Below are positions 1 through 9,540 of a stretch of 64,000 bases of DNA, piece by piece. The notes below the pieces were generated by a model. It made no database searches, was not told the DNA's origin, and saw only the letters and a program-made list of their open reading frames with translations. A program made the position numbers and the translations under genes. This DNA comes from a virus (Duplodnaviria; Caudoviricetes): the IMG/VR virus record IMGVR_UViG_3300037067_001739, positions 70,398-134,397 of that record. One strand, 5' to 3'. How positions within the stretch are numbered: position 1 is the stretch's first letter; every line of letters starts with the position of its first letter.

Positions 1-1
1 C

Positions 2-565
2 AAGTTCCTCAAAACTCTGCCGCACCACTCCAAGGTAGTTGAAGTTTTTCTCGCACCACTTTGCAGGAATACCCTCTCTCCAACGTTCCTCAATTCGCTC
101 TATATTCCAATCCATAGGCGGAAGAAGAACAATGAACCTTTCTGGTTTTGGTGTCAAGGACATGGTGTACTGGTATTCCGCATTGTCAAAAATGCCCTTA
201 CGATATTCAGGTGCTAACCAACCCATTTCAACACACGTATTCACGTATGCCATATCATCAAGGAAACACCTGTCACCAATGACAACAGATTTAGGTGATT
301 GGGTCATTGCGTATGCCAAGTTCTCTCTGTGCTCTACGCAATGCAGAGCGTTTCGCCAGACCTGACGGCTGACGTTATCGGTAAGACCTTCCATGTGGGC
401 AATCTGCTCCTTGACTCTCCCCATATCGAACTGCTTCAAGTCCTCAATCAGAGTAGATTTTCCCACGCCATGAGGTCCACACAGATACACGACCTGCTTG
501 TTGGCTTCTTTCGCTTTCTCAGTTGTAAAGTCAAATACTACTGGCGGGTTGTATTCACATGTCAT
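2..565 (-). CDS. P-loop nucleotide/deoxynucleotide monophosphate kinase-like protein (runs off the window edge; missing from ORF track)
   Basis: Manual translation from ATG at 565: MTCEYNPP...VYLCGPHGVGKSTLIE (Walker A)...VIGDRCFLDDMAY (dNMP-kinase/NadR-type DR motif); open to the window edge. Confidence 0.7.
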   Translation of the reverse strand, partial: MTCEYNPPVVFDFTTEKAKEANKQVVYLCGPHGVGKSTLIEDLKQFDMGRVKEQIAHMEGLTDNVSRQVWRNALHCVEHRENLAYAMTQSPKSVVIGDRCFLDDMAYVNTCVEMGWLAPEYRKGIFDNAEYQYTMSLTPKPERFIVLLPPMDWNIERIEERWREGIPAKWCEKNFNYLGVVRQSFEEL

Positions 566-900
566 TTTTCTACCACCTCACTAAAGTTAAGTTTGGCGTG
601 CCCTCTCCCATCTTTATCCTTAGAGTAGACAACACCACTTGCGAGTATATCCTCTGCAAGCTTCTTAACAATATCTTTTACGGTAACATTCCTAAGAGTA
701 CGTTTACGTAATTCGGAAATAGGAATTTCAATGTACTCTCGGTCAGTAAAGCACCTAAACCTTAGCTTACAATTGCCGCAGACATCATCTATGTTTGTCC
801 TACCAAAGCAATGAAAGTCTTTATAGTGCTCAATTTCACGGTCTCGCTCTTTACCACTGCCGAGAACTCGTATTATTCTTTCGTTATCGTTATTTTCCAT
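562..900 (-). CDS. Hypothetical protein with CxxCxxRFxC tag motif
   Basis: Contains CGNCKLRFRCFT; ATG at 900 (MENNDN) preferred over 972 because it avoids overlap with UDG. Confidence 0.7.
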   Translation of the reverse strand: MENNDNERIIRVLGSGKERDREIEHYKDFHCFGRTNIDDVCGNCKLRFRCFTDREYIEIPISELRKRTLRNVTVKDIVKKLAEDILASGVVYSKDKDGRGHAKLNFSEVVEK

Positions 901-901
901 C

Positions 902-1645
902 TTATTCTTCGTAACAATAAAATTTTTGTTTGCAATTCTTACACTTGCTATCGTCTTTCCACCATGCTTCACAGACAGCTTTGAAGCTATTCATTTCTGC
1001 CAGTATGGGTTGGATATTGGCATCTTTCTTTACAGGAGTTGCGATAGCCAAGGTCAACTGCTTGTCAACATGCTTATGGGACAAAGCTTTGGTGACCACT
1101 TCTTTGATTTTATCCCGAATCTCTTTGCCTCTCGGAGTATTTTTTCCTCCGCTATGAGCAATTGCCGCTGGATGATAGGTGATGATTACGTCATATTTGC
1201 CCCTGAAAGTAAAGCCAGTTCCAACAATATCTTTCATTGCAACTGACTTCTCACCCCCAAGAGCTATGTACGGAACTTTGCCCATACAGACAATAATGCT
1301 TGGGTCAAGATTCTCAATCTCGGTTATCAATCTCTCATTACACCATTTGATTTCTGCGTCTGTCGGTGTACGATTGTATGTCTTGCCTTCGACCACCTTA
1401 GTAGGTCTACAAGTAACAGCGTTGATGTAATTCCCATCGTCTCTAGTGCCACCACATTCCTCAACGATTTCGTTAAAGTCCTGCCCTGCAACACCAACCA
1501 ACGGTTTGCCATCCTGAGCTTCATGATAGCCTGGAGCTTCGGCAAGATAGAGAATCTTGGAACTTTCGTGCAACTCCGATGGAACAAATACCGCTTTGAC
1601 TAGCGTACACTCGTCACATTTTCCATTAGGTGCTTTACTTGTCAT
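902..1645 (-). CDS. udg: Uracil-DNA glycosylase, family 4 (Fe-S type), with C-terminal variant tag motif
   Basis: AEAPG, GKPLVGVAG, CRP..NRTP and YHPA motifs; N-terminal CxxC; tail CKNCKQKFYCYEE. Confidence 0.9.
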   Translation of the reverse strand: MTSKAPNGKCDECTLVKAVFVPSELHESSKILYLAEAPGYHEAQDGKPLVGVAGQDFNEIVEECGGTRDDGNYINAVTCRPTKVVEGKTYNRTPTDAEIKWCNERLITEIENLDPSIIVCMGKVPYIALGGEKSVAMKDIVGTGFTFRGKYDVIITYHPAAIAHSGGKNTPRGKEIRDKIKEVVTKALSHKHVDKQLTLAIATPVKKDANIQPILAEMNSFKAVCEAWWKDDSKCKNCKQKFYCYEE

Positions 1646-2073
1646 TTCTTACCCTTGATTATATCTTGGAAGTATTTCTGTAGGTCTTTTATACCTTTCT
1701 GAGCCTCGTCAAGACCAACCTGCTTCCATTCAGGTGTGTGGCTGTCCCATTTTATTATCTTGGGGATAGACTTGTCGTAATATTCATCGTTCCAATCTCT
1801 GCGTTTCTTATAAATATCTCGTTCCAAGTCCCACTGGTGTTTTTCCATCTGGTCACGCATAGCCGCTTGCATGATAGCACGTTCAAGAATTTCCTTAACC
1901 TCTTGAATTGCTTCCTTGTGTGGCAATCCCTCAGCTACGTAAGCTTCGTATAAAGCTTGCTGTGTCGGGTCACTAAAGACACGTTTAGTTGTCCAGCAAA
2001 CAAAACGCCGCTCGCAACCGTCACAGATACACTCCCCTTTATGACATTTTTCGAGTATCTCGTTATCCTTCAT
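1642..2073 (-). CDS. Hypothetical protein with tag motif
   Basis: CDGCERRFVCWT near N-terminus; overlaps neighbouring genes. Confidence 0.7.
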   Translation of the reverse strand: MKDNEILEKCHKGECICDGCERRFVCWTTKRVFSDPTQQALYEAYVAEGLPHKEAIQEVKEILERAIMQAAMRDQMEKHQWDLERDIYKKRRDWNDEYYDKSIPKIIKWDSHTPEWKQVGLDEAQKGIKDLQKYFQDIIKGKK

Positions 2074-2344
2074 TTTTCACCCGCATAACTAATTTAGTAG
2101 TGCCGAAGGAAGGATGTTCATTGACTTCGTAATTGACCCTTCCCTCTCCGAACATGTACAGTGCCAAACTCTTTAGGTCACCTATTTTGTGCTTCTTGAT
2201 AACGTCAAGAGGAATCATTATCTCATTTCTTTCAGATAAACACATAAAGCGTAATCTGCAACCATCGCACAGATGCTTGTGGCGACCTCGACAATCGAAT
2301 CCTCTAAAGTCACTCTTGCCCTCTAATCTAATCGTGACTACCAT
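2063..2344 (-). CDS. Hypothetical protein with tag motif
   Basis: CDGCRLRFMCLS. Confidence 0.7.
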   Translation of the reverse strand: MVVTIRLEGKSDFRGFDCRGRHKHLCDGCRLRFMCLSERNEIMIPLDVIKKHKIGDLKSLALYMFGEGRVNYEVNEHPSFGTTKLVMRVKNEG

Positions 2345-2503
2345 TTGATGATTCCCTTACCACGTAGGAAATTACTATCGGGGGAATGTGTCTCAAGATG
2401 GCATGGAAAATGAGGAACGTCTACAGCATAGATGCACTTCCTCTTAAAGATTCCTAGTATTCTCGGCATTGCAGAGCAACGCTCTTTATGACAATGAATG
2501 CAC

Positions 2504-3499
2504 TTATTTTCCATTCTCCCAAATTCCTATCGGTTTTCTGTCTCCTAATATTCTACCCCTTGGCGTCCTCTTGATGAAACCGTGTGTTAATAAATAGGGT
2601 TCTATAGTTTCTTCAAGTGTAATTCTATCTAAACCAGTCATGGCTGAAAGATTCTGCACACCAACTGGTTTATCTGACAGACAGCTTAGATACGCTCTAT
2701 CTGCGTTATCCAAACCGTCAGGGTCAATCTTCATTTCTGCGAACCATTGCTCAAGTAACTCAGGAGTCACTTTGCCATCGTTCAAAATTAACCTATCGTA
2801 AACTCTCTTGAATAAGAACAATCCAATTCTGGCAACTGTCTTACCACGTCTCGCTACTGCGTAACTTACATAGTCAGGACAATCGTACTTCAGATTCTTA
2901 GCCGCACTCTTAACCATAACCTGTAGTTCATCCACAGTGTAGGGTTGTAGTACCAGCGAAACGAAACGGGAACGAAGAGGTCCACTCAGACTACCTGCCG
3001 TTGTAGTAGCTCCAAGTATTGTTTGCGTGCCTCTATCCATTATAGTAAGCAACCATTCTTCATCCCGAATTGTATGGATTTCATCTACGACCACAACTTG
3101 AGATTTCGGGAAATCTTTCTCATCCCGAATGTTTACGGCAGTAGTGTACTGGTTGTCTCCAATCATACCCGCAAAAATGCGAGCAAGAGTTGTCTTACCT
3201 AAACCAAAACTACCACTGAAAAGCACGTGCTGTACTGGAATTCCGTGTACCTTGGTGGCTTTCAGGATAGTGTTTAATTCCTGTTTAATGGGTTCTTGCC
3301 CGATAAAACTCTTGAAGTCATGCGGGCTAATGAGGTCATTCCAACCTCTTTTGCCACGTTTATTTTCGTTGCGCTTCTCTTTTCTTTCCTGCTTTTTTAT
3401 ACATTCCTCACAAATGAAATGGTCTACGTCTATCTGACGTAGTTTTCCGCCGCTACCACACAGGTAGCACTTATCGAATATATCAAACCAATTCTTCAT
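2504..3499 (-). CDS. ruvB: RuvB-like Holliday junction branch-migration AAA+ ATPase with N-terminal Zn finger
   Basis: FIGQE, GSFGLGKTTLA (Walker A), VDEIH (Walker B), GATT, PLRSRF, DGLD..DR, EPYL..GFIKRTPRGR. Confidence 0.88.
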   Translation of the reverse strand: MKNWFDIFDKCYLCGSGGKLRQIDVDHFICEECIKKQERKEKRNENKRGKRGWNDLISPHDFKSFIGQEPIKQELNTILKATKVHGIPVQHVLFSGSFGLGKTTLARIFAGMIGDNQYTTAVNIRDEKDFPKSQVVVVDEIHTIRDEEWLLTIMDRGTQTILGATTTAGSLSGPLRSRFVSLVLQPYTVDELQVMVKSAAKNLKYDCPDYVSYAVARRGKTVARIGLFLFKRVYDRLILNDGKVTPELLEQWFAEMKIDPDGLDNADRAYLSCLSDKPVGVQNLSAMTGLDRITLEETIEPYLLTHGFIKRTPRGRILGDRKPIGIWENGK

Positions 3500-3830
3500 A
3501 TCTTCCTCAAATGTGGGGGGCTACCAAGGGGAGAATGACCTGACCAACTCTTAGTAGCCCCCATCCAATACTAGCGTTTGCTGATTCTACAGCGTCTATA
3601 GAGGAAACTTTCTTTTCACCATTTCCACCTACTCAAGTTTAGTAACAATTTAACAACTAATCCTATTAAGTTCTTGGTGACCATTCACCAAATGTGTAAC
3701 CAACTCATAATCTTAATTAAAAAATAATTAAGGTATCTTTGCGTGACATTCACCAAAGACTGCATCTAAGTAACAATAAAAAATTTTATACTTTACGTTT
3801 TCAGGTCATTCTTTCACCCCTTTCAAGAGA

Positions 3831-3859
3831 ATTATAGCACGAGCCAATGTTATAGTCAA
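3831..3859 (-). promoter_or_regulatory. sigma70-type promoter, class A (GGCWYRTG extended -10)
   Basis: Minus strand TTGACTATAACATTGGCTCGTGCTATAAT, 17-bp spacer. Confidence 0.8.
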
Positions 3860-3873
3860 GCCTAGTAATCGGC

Positions 3874-4254
3874 TTATTTTTCCTTATGCCACCCCAAATC
3901 TTTTAGACCAAACTCATCAATGACTTTATTAGCCTCTGGTTTACCCCACCCTCTAGCTATTGCGCCGAGTGCTAGAGATATTATGTTATGGGAATATGGT
4001 TTTATGTCAACATATGCAATCTCTTTTAAGATAGACTGCTTCCACCCACCAAGACACTTTCCAGTATCTTTAGTTACCTCTTTACTTTTATGCCCTTTGC
4101 GTGTCGTAAAGCATACGAATCTTTCAGGACAATCCTCACACTCAGGGTATGCCATAGGTTTCGGTACAGAGGTCTGGTTTTCAGCCTCCATCATGAGGTA
4201 TTCGTCTCTAGCTTCTAGTGCCGCTTCTGCACGTGGGTCTATTCTTTTGGTCAT
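3874..4254 (-). CDS. Hypothetical protein with tag motif
   Basis: CEDCPERFVCFT. Confidence 0.7.
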   Translation of the reverse strand: MTKRIDPRAEAALEARDEYLMMEAENQTSVPKPMAYPECEDCPERFVCFTTRKGHKSKEVTKDTGKCLGGWKQSILKEIAYVDIKPYSHNIISLALGAIARGWGKPEANKVIDEFGLKDLGWHKEK

Positions 4255-4643
4255 TGTCTTACACTCGGTACTTTCAATGGAACATACCTCATATACTTTG
4301 GCATCTCATAATTAGGGAGCACCCGTGTTCTGTCCTCAACAGTAATGAAGTGTTCCTCTTTGGTTATCTCTCGGAAAGTCATTTCAATCAAATCCGCCCT
4401 GCAAACCTTCTTTGTCCATTCCGAATGCCAGAGGTCAAGCAGTTTATTTCCAGCAATCTGCGTTAGAGACGCATCATAAATTTCCTCGGCTGTCAGAACG
4501 AACAAGTCTCCCTCAGTAAAACATTTGAAGCGGAAGATGCACAAACGGCAAGACTTGGCGAGACAATAGATTGTCTTGATACCTGTTCCATTTGTCTCAA
4601 CTAATGTTACCTGTCTTACCATTTTTATCCAGCCACCTTGCAA
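4251..4643 (-). CDS. Hypothetical protein with tag motif
   Basis: CRLCIFRFKCFT; true start may be ATG at 4622. Confidence 0.7.
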   Translation of the reverse strand: MQGGWIKMVRQVTLVETNGTGIKTIYCLAKSCRLCIFRFKCFTEGDLFVLTAEEIYDASLTQIAGNKLLDLWHSEWTKKVCRADLIEMTFREITKEEHFITVEDRTRVLPNYEMPKYMRYVPLKVPSVRQ

Positions 4644-5322
4644 AGATTAACTTTTGGTTTCCCTTGCCCCACTCTTTGTTCAACCACTTAGCATGGTCAC
4701 CAGAGCGTCTACAAGTAATTCCCTGTGTCATTCCAAGGTAATCCCAATTATCTGCCTTGTAAATCGCACCGTCTCTAGGTGGTTCGACAAAAGTGACCAA
4801 CCCGACCAACGGTAAATCATATTTAGTTTCATAGTCCTTCTTCACAGTCTGGCGAAACAATTTCAACGTTTTCGTTCCTAGATTTTTAATGTCATGCTTT
4901 ATGAGATTGTAAACGTTGTTATTCATCCAGTTATCTTCTGTAAAGCCAGGAAAATACTCGGTGAATTTTTTGTAGTGAATCGGTGGAGAGTTAGCTCCCA
5001 CAATTCCTGCCACTTCTCCCTTGTACCAAACCAAGTAATGACATTGCCGACCAAGCACTCCCTTACTCTTAGGATAGTGCGTGAGAAACAGGTTTGCGTA
5101 TACTGGATTGCTTTTCTTGACAAGTTCTAACTCCAAATCCGCATCCCAAGTCTCATGTACTGGCATTACAAGATTCGGGGTCATTGTCATTCCACCATGT
5201 CCATGACTACGATGTGGTTTGGCATCCCAACAAGAACGGCAGTAATACTTTCCCCAAGTCTCGATTACTGTGCCTTGAACACCGCAGACCGAACAGATTT
5301 TATCTTTATAAACTTTTCCCAT
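4597..5322 (-). CDS. DUF4338/DruA-like (Mom-related) protein with N-terminal Zn finger
   Basis: THY..GRQCHYLV, NNN..NLI, NLG, TFVEPPRDGAIYKADNWDYLGMTQG resemble the DUF4338 pattern HY..GR..YLV / ETFVD..GT.Y.A.NW..G.T.G (recalled, not searched). Confidence 0.65.
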   Translation of the reverse strand: MGKVYKDKICSVCGVQGTVIETWGKYYCRSCWDAKPHRSHGHGGMTMTPNLVMPVHETWDADLELELVKKSNPVYANLFLTHYPKSKGVLGRQCHYLVWYKGEVAGIVGANSPPIHYKKFTEYFPGFTEDNWMNNNVYNLIKHDIKNLGTKTLKLFRQTVKKDYETKYDLPLVGLVTFVEPPRDGAIYKADNWDYLGMTQGITCRRSGDHAKWLNKEWGKGNQKLIFARWLDKNGKTGNIS

Positions 5323-5563
5323 GAGTTATATACCTAAAAAGTTCCTTGTAATATCGAAATCCTCGCCAGTTTCCATGTCTTACGTGCAGTTCTGCTACAG
5401 TATTATCTGGAATGTAAAACAAGGACAAGTCCTCAAGTTCGGCTGGACTTACCTCTGGTTCTCTGTCTGTAAAACACCTAAACCTGAAATGACAGTCAGT
5501 ACAATGCTCTGCCTCGCACTCAAGAGGTGCATACATTGTATCTTTTAGCTTAATGCTTACCAC
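5306..5563 (-). CDS. Hypothetical protein with tag motif
   Basis: CTDCHFRFRCFT. Confidence 0.7.
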   Translation of the reverse strand: MVSIKLKDTMYAPLECEAEHCTDCHFRFRCFTDREPEVSPAELEDLSLFYIPDNTVAELHVRHGNWRGFRYYKELFRYITHGKSL

Positions 5564-6127
5564 TCTACTGCAACTTTGGCTTTCTTTAAGACTGCCATGA
5601 CTCGTTCCATTTCGGGTGCAACGGACTTTTCATCCCAAACAGGATAATCTTCGCCGTCACCCCGTTCCGTGTAACGAGATGTGGAGATGATTGTGTTGAC
5701 GATGGTGTCCAAATCTCCCGCCATATATGCTTTCTTATCTCCGTAACCCTTGTTGCTTTCATTCTCCAAGCACAGTCTCCACACGATGTGCCTGACAAAT
5801 GCTGTCATGTTATAACGGAGGGCGGAATCGTGAGCATCTAACACATTCTCCAATTTGTCCAGTAAATCTTTACTTGCTTCTGACAGACTTACGAGTTCGC
5901 TTCTTTTCACCATCTGGTTTGCCATCCTTATCTGTGCGTGGTAGATTCCATATACTCCCGAATGGTTTATTTACTTCAAGATAGCGGATGAAATGCCCCC
6001 AATCGGTAGTATCTTCTCCCCAACCCATGAATTTCTTGAGGTCATTCTTTGCCTTGGTATAATCGTCATAGATACCAAGGATTTCGCCACCCTGAGACAT
6101 TGTTATGTTATGTGCTACGTACATTTT

Positions 6128-7150
6128 TTACCCAAAAGAGTTACAAAATATTTGCATCACTTTATCTGAATAGGTATAATGTGGTATGGTTATCTTATCA
6201 AATGTACCAATATTGTGCTTGCTTACAACAACCAGTGCTTCTTCTTCGGAATTGCCATATGGTACTACCTTACAAGGATACTTACAAGTTCCCACAAAAT
6301 CGTCAATTTTTGTTGCCAGTGAGATTGAAGTTCTGGTATGTTTCGGTTTGGTTATGGTAACTACCAAGTCAGAGTTTGGGTTATACCGCTTAAACCTATT
6401 GACAAAATCAGCAGTTTGAAATCGTATGCTGTAACCGTCTACTATGGCAACACTTTTGTCAGTTGACCCAAATTTTGTCTTTGCACCATCTTCTAACCAT
6501 TCTAGCACTTTGATACCCAAGCTTTTACCATACTCTGAGACCTGTTTAAGCTGTGCATCATCAATAGTGTTTGCTTCAACAAACTCTATATCAGCTTTTT
6601 TGCAGTAGTCTAGAAATACCTTAGTATTTAAGTCTTTCAGTTCGTTCCCTAGCAATCCTATGATTGCCCCGATTGATATAAGGTATCCCTTATTTGCCCT
6701 TGGAAGTCTGGTCAATATCTCGGATAACCTGACAGCTTTCTCCACTTCTCCTTTGCCACATATAAATGGGTGACTCAATCTGTTTGGTGTCTTTGTATAC
6801 GTGGACATATGAAAATCTGTGAGCCTACTAACTATCTGGTAATCCTTTAATTCACTTGGAAAATGATTCCTGACGATGAAGTATTCATCCACTATACGCT
6901 CTAATAGTGGTATAATTTGTGTCCACTTTGTTGCGTATTGAGTACCATTCGTCTTATATTGCCGCTTTTCGGTTTCAATACCATCAATGAGCAGTATAAA
7001 AGATGTAATCACTGGTGTTTGCAATTCTACAGGAACAATATCCTCTAATCGAGCAAGCCGATTGAGGTCATGCTTCGACACTGCCTCACCTGTCAATGGT
7101 ACTGACTTTTTATTGTATAGGTCTGAAATAAATGTTGAAAAATAAGCCAT
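6128..7150 (-). CDS. Hypothetical protein (340 aa)
   Basis: Long ORF abutting its neighbours; no motif recognised. Confidence 0.6.
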   Translation of the reverse strand: MAYFSTFISDLYNKKSVPLTGEAVSKHDLNRLARLEDIVPVELQTPVITSFILLIDGIETEKRQYKTNGTQYATKWTQIIPLLERIVDEYFIVRNHFPSELKDYQIVSRLTDFHMSTYTKTPNRLSHPFICGKGEVEKAVRLSEILTRLPRANKGYLISIGAIIGLLGNELKDLNTKVFLDYCKKADIEFVEANTIDDAQLKQVSEYGKSLGIKVLEWLEDGAKTKFGSTDKSVAIVDGYSIRFQTADFVNRFKRYNPNSDLVVTITKPKHTRTSISLATKIDDFVGTCKYPCKVVPYGNSEEEALVVVSKHNIGTFDKITIPHYTYSDKVMQIFCNSFG

Positions 7151-8032
7151 TTAATCCTCGAATTGCTGGTATAGGTCTTTTGACACTTCCTCACATTCCC
7201 CAATATACCTACTATCATCAGCTATGTGCCGTATCGTGCGTTTTCGTTCATTATTCCTGTCGAATACATACATAGCTTGAGCAAACAATTCTCTTTTTGA
7301 TTGACGACCACTTGGAGCACGTTGCCCGCAACCATAGTCCTCAACGAACACGTCCTGTATAAAAGCCCTTGCTATGGGTGGTAGGTTTCTCAAGTCAACG
7401 TTGTTACTGTTCTTTGCGTACATTACCAGAGCCTCGTAAAGCTCAATAATATACTCTTTATTTTTGGGGTCTTTCAGCATCGAAAGAAGTGCCGCTTTTT
7501 TAATATAAGCATTACCCATAATAGGTGGTTGCTTGCCTTTCAAGATAAGTAAATCAACATCTTCTCCCAATGTTGCTTCCATTTTCCTAATAATGGTGGG
7601 ACTTACTCTGAACCTTGATTTCAAATCATTATAGATACTGTTATAAACTTCACAATGTTGGCGGTTAATTCGTGTTCTAACACTAGGACTTCTAGGAATG
7701 CCACTATCAACATAGTCGAATGCGTCTAATGGAACATTCCTTTGTACCAAGCACCGCACCTTAATGCGTGGATTTGTTTTTGACGCAATAACCACACCTT
7801 TCATTCTATGCTGTCCGTCTTGAAGTCTGCCGTTTACATCAAACATTATGGGGTCTGCGACATATGGATTCCACCGACCCTTTACCATATCCTCGGCAAG
7901 AGACTTCGCAAGACTATCATTCTTCCTTCGGCAATTTACGCTTTTGCCGTTTTCACCGATAGCTGACGCTAGATACCTAGAAGCCAACTCTGCGTCAATG
8001 TCCTCTACTGAAAAATTATCTATGTTAAGCAT
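7151..8032 (-). CDS. DGQHR-motif ParB/Srx-like protein
   Basis: DPIMFDVNGRLQDGQHRMKGV; start moved to ATG at 8032, downstream of AGGAAG. Confidence 0.7.
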   Translation of the reverse strand: MLNIDNFSVEDIDAELASRYLASAIGENGKSVNCRRKNDSLAKSLAEDMVKGRWNPYVADPIMFDVNGRLQDGQHRMKGVVIASKTNPRIKVRCLVQRNVPLDAFDYVDSGIPRSPSVRTRINRQHCEVYNSIYNDLKSRFRVSPTIIRKMEATLGEDVDLLILKGKQPPIMGNAYIKKAALLSMLKDPKNKEYIIELYEALVMYAKNSNNVDLRNLPPIARAFIQDVFVEDYGCGQRAPSGRQSKRELFAQAMYVFDRNNERKRTIRHIADDSRYIGECEEVSKDLYQQFED

Positions 8033-8037
8033 TCTTC

Positions 8038-8487
8038 CTACCTTTCTGTAAAACAACGAAATCTTAATTCACAAGTATCGCAATGCTTTCCGATTACCAA
8101 CTGAGCCTTTCCACCAGCTTCGTTAATGTTCTTTACGAGCTTGGACAATGTTGGTTTGGAAAGTCCGTCTTTCGGCGTTAAAGTGTGCGGTATAGCTTCC
8201 ACCCAATCTTTGCTCTCTTTCAAACCCCATGCGGTGGCATCTCTTACCGCTTTGATAACGTTTATTTTGTTCACACCCATGTCGAGAATCCTAGCGAGGC
8301 AAACTTGCTGTTCTGCTACTTCAGTGTTCTGAAGAATCATGACCTCTAGAATCTTCGGATACTCGCCATCGGATTTGATAAGCACAGCCTCAAGCCCTTC
8401 TACTTTGTTACCCACGACATCGTAGGAGTGCCAACCATTACCTACTGTGGTTTCGGTATGTGCTAACGTAAGCTTGAGTAAATCCAT
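8038..8487 (-). CDS. Ribosomal protein bL12 (L7/L12) C-terminal-domain protein with C-terminal tag motif
   Basis: NKINVIKAVRDATAWGLKESKDWVE...INEAGG matches bL12 CTD; ends CDTCELRFRCFTER; start at ATG 8487. Confidence 0.8.
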   Translation of the reverse strand: MDLLKLTLAHTETTVGNGWHSYDVVGNKVEGLEAVLIKSDGEYPKILEVMILQNTEVAEQQVCLARILDMGVNKINVIKAVRDATAWGLKESKDWVEAIPHTLTPKDGLSKPTLSKLVKNINEAGGKAQLVIGKHCDTCELRFRCFTER

Positions 8488-8668
8488 AAAAGTCCAACCT
8501 TTTCTAAAACTCAAAAACGGTTCGGGCAAAATTTGGGGAAACAAATTTTTGAAACTTCATTCTCCCCTGCGGAAGCAACCAAACTCGGTGTACTTTGACG
8601 TTGATGCCATTCACCAACATCCCACCTGACCAAATTTTGGTTGCCCAATCTTTGGAGTGACCGTAATG

Positions 8669-9082
8669 CTAGGCAGACATTTCGGTGTCAGTTGCTTCCG
8701 CTTTCTCAGTCCAACGCTTTGCAAGCTTGTCCACTAGAGCCTTATCCATGCAGATAAAGTATTTGTCTCTACAGTCAAGAATGTCATAATAGCGTCTGGT
8801 TTTCCACTCGCTCATTGAACCAACTATCTTGACGGCGGGGCATTTCCTGCAAGCGTAGAAAACACCACTTATTCTATCCCGATACGTGTCGCTATCTTTG
8901 GTATAACATTCGAATCTGGTTAAACATGTAGCGCACCCCTCTGGATGATATTTGCAAGGATGCCTACCTAGTGCGTCTTTGCACTTACCGACCTCGTACC
9001 AATCATGCTCGTCCTCGTGGCATAACTTGACTTCTTTCGGTTTCTGCTCTTTCTCTTTCTTTTTACCGAACATGAATCTCAC
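8669..9082 (-). CDS. Hypothetical protein with tag motif
   Basis: CATCLTRFECYT. Confidence 0.7.
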   Translation of the reverse strand: MRFMFGKKKEKEQKPKEVKLCHEDEHDWYEVGKCKDALGRHPCKYHPEGCATCLTRFECYTKDSDTYRDRISGVFYACRKCPAVKIVGSMSEWKTRRYYDILDCRDKYFICMDKALVDKLAKRWTEKAEATDTEMSA

Positions 9083-9093
9083 CCATCATACTC

Positions 9094-9122
9094 ATTATAG
9101 CATGAGCCTCACTCAGAGTCAA
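9094..9122 (-). promoter_or_regulatory. sigma70-type promoter, class A
   Basis: TTGACTCTGAGTGAGGCTCATGCTATAAT. Confidence 0.8.
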
Positions 9123-9540
9123 GCCCGTTTATTGCGCCCTTTCTTTCCGTGAAGCACTTAAATCTGTCATCACAAGAATCACAAAAAGTGGGTTTTTCAC
9201 ACTTATTTGTAATGCGTGGGTCATCCTTTGTTGCCTTGGTAAACCCCATGCAGTTATCTAACCACACAGGGTCAAAGTTGAAGGGATAGTTAAACCACCC
9301 ACTCCTAATCCCATGTTCGTTTGCCTCTATTTTGAGTCGCTTGTCGAACATAATTGGTAGTGCTTCTTTTCTTCCACCAGCCAGCATACCAATTAGACTC
9401 AACATTGGATTGTTGAGTAACGGTGCGTTATAGGGGTGGCAACATTTGCTGTGAGCGTCTCCTGGCACTTCCCCTCTCCATCTACATTCATAGCAATTCG
9501 GTTTATTCTTCTTCATCGAAAAAATTTCTCCATACAGCAT
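9109..9540 (-). CDS. Cys-rich hypothetical protein with C-terminal tag motif
   Basis: CDSCDDRFKCFT. Confidence 0.7.
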   Translation of the reverse strand: MLYGEIFSMKKNKPNCYECRWRGEVPGDAHSKCCHPYNAPLLNNPMLSLIGMLAGGRKEALPIMFDKRLKIEANEHGIRSGWFNYPFNFDPVWLDNCMGFTKATKDDPRITNKCEKPTFCDSCDDRFKCFTERKGAINGLDSE

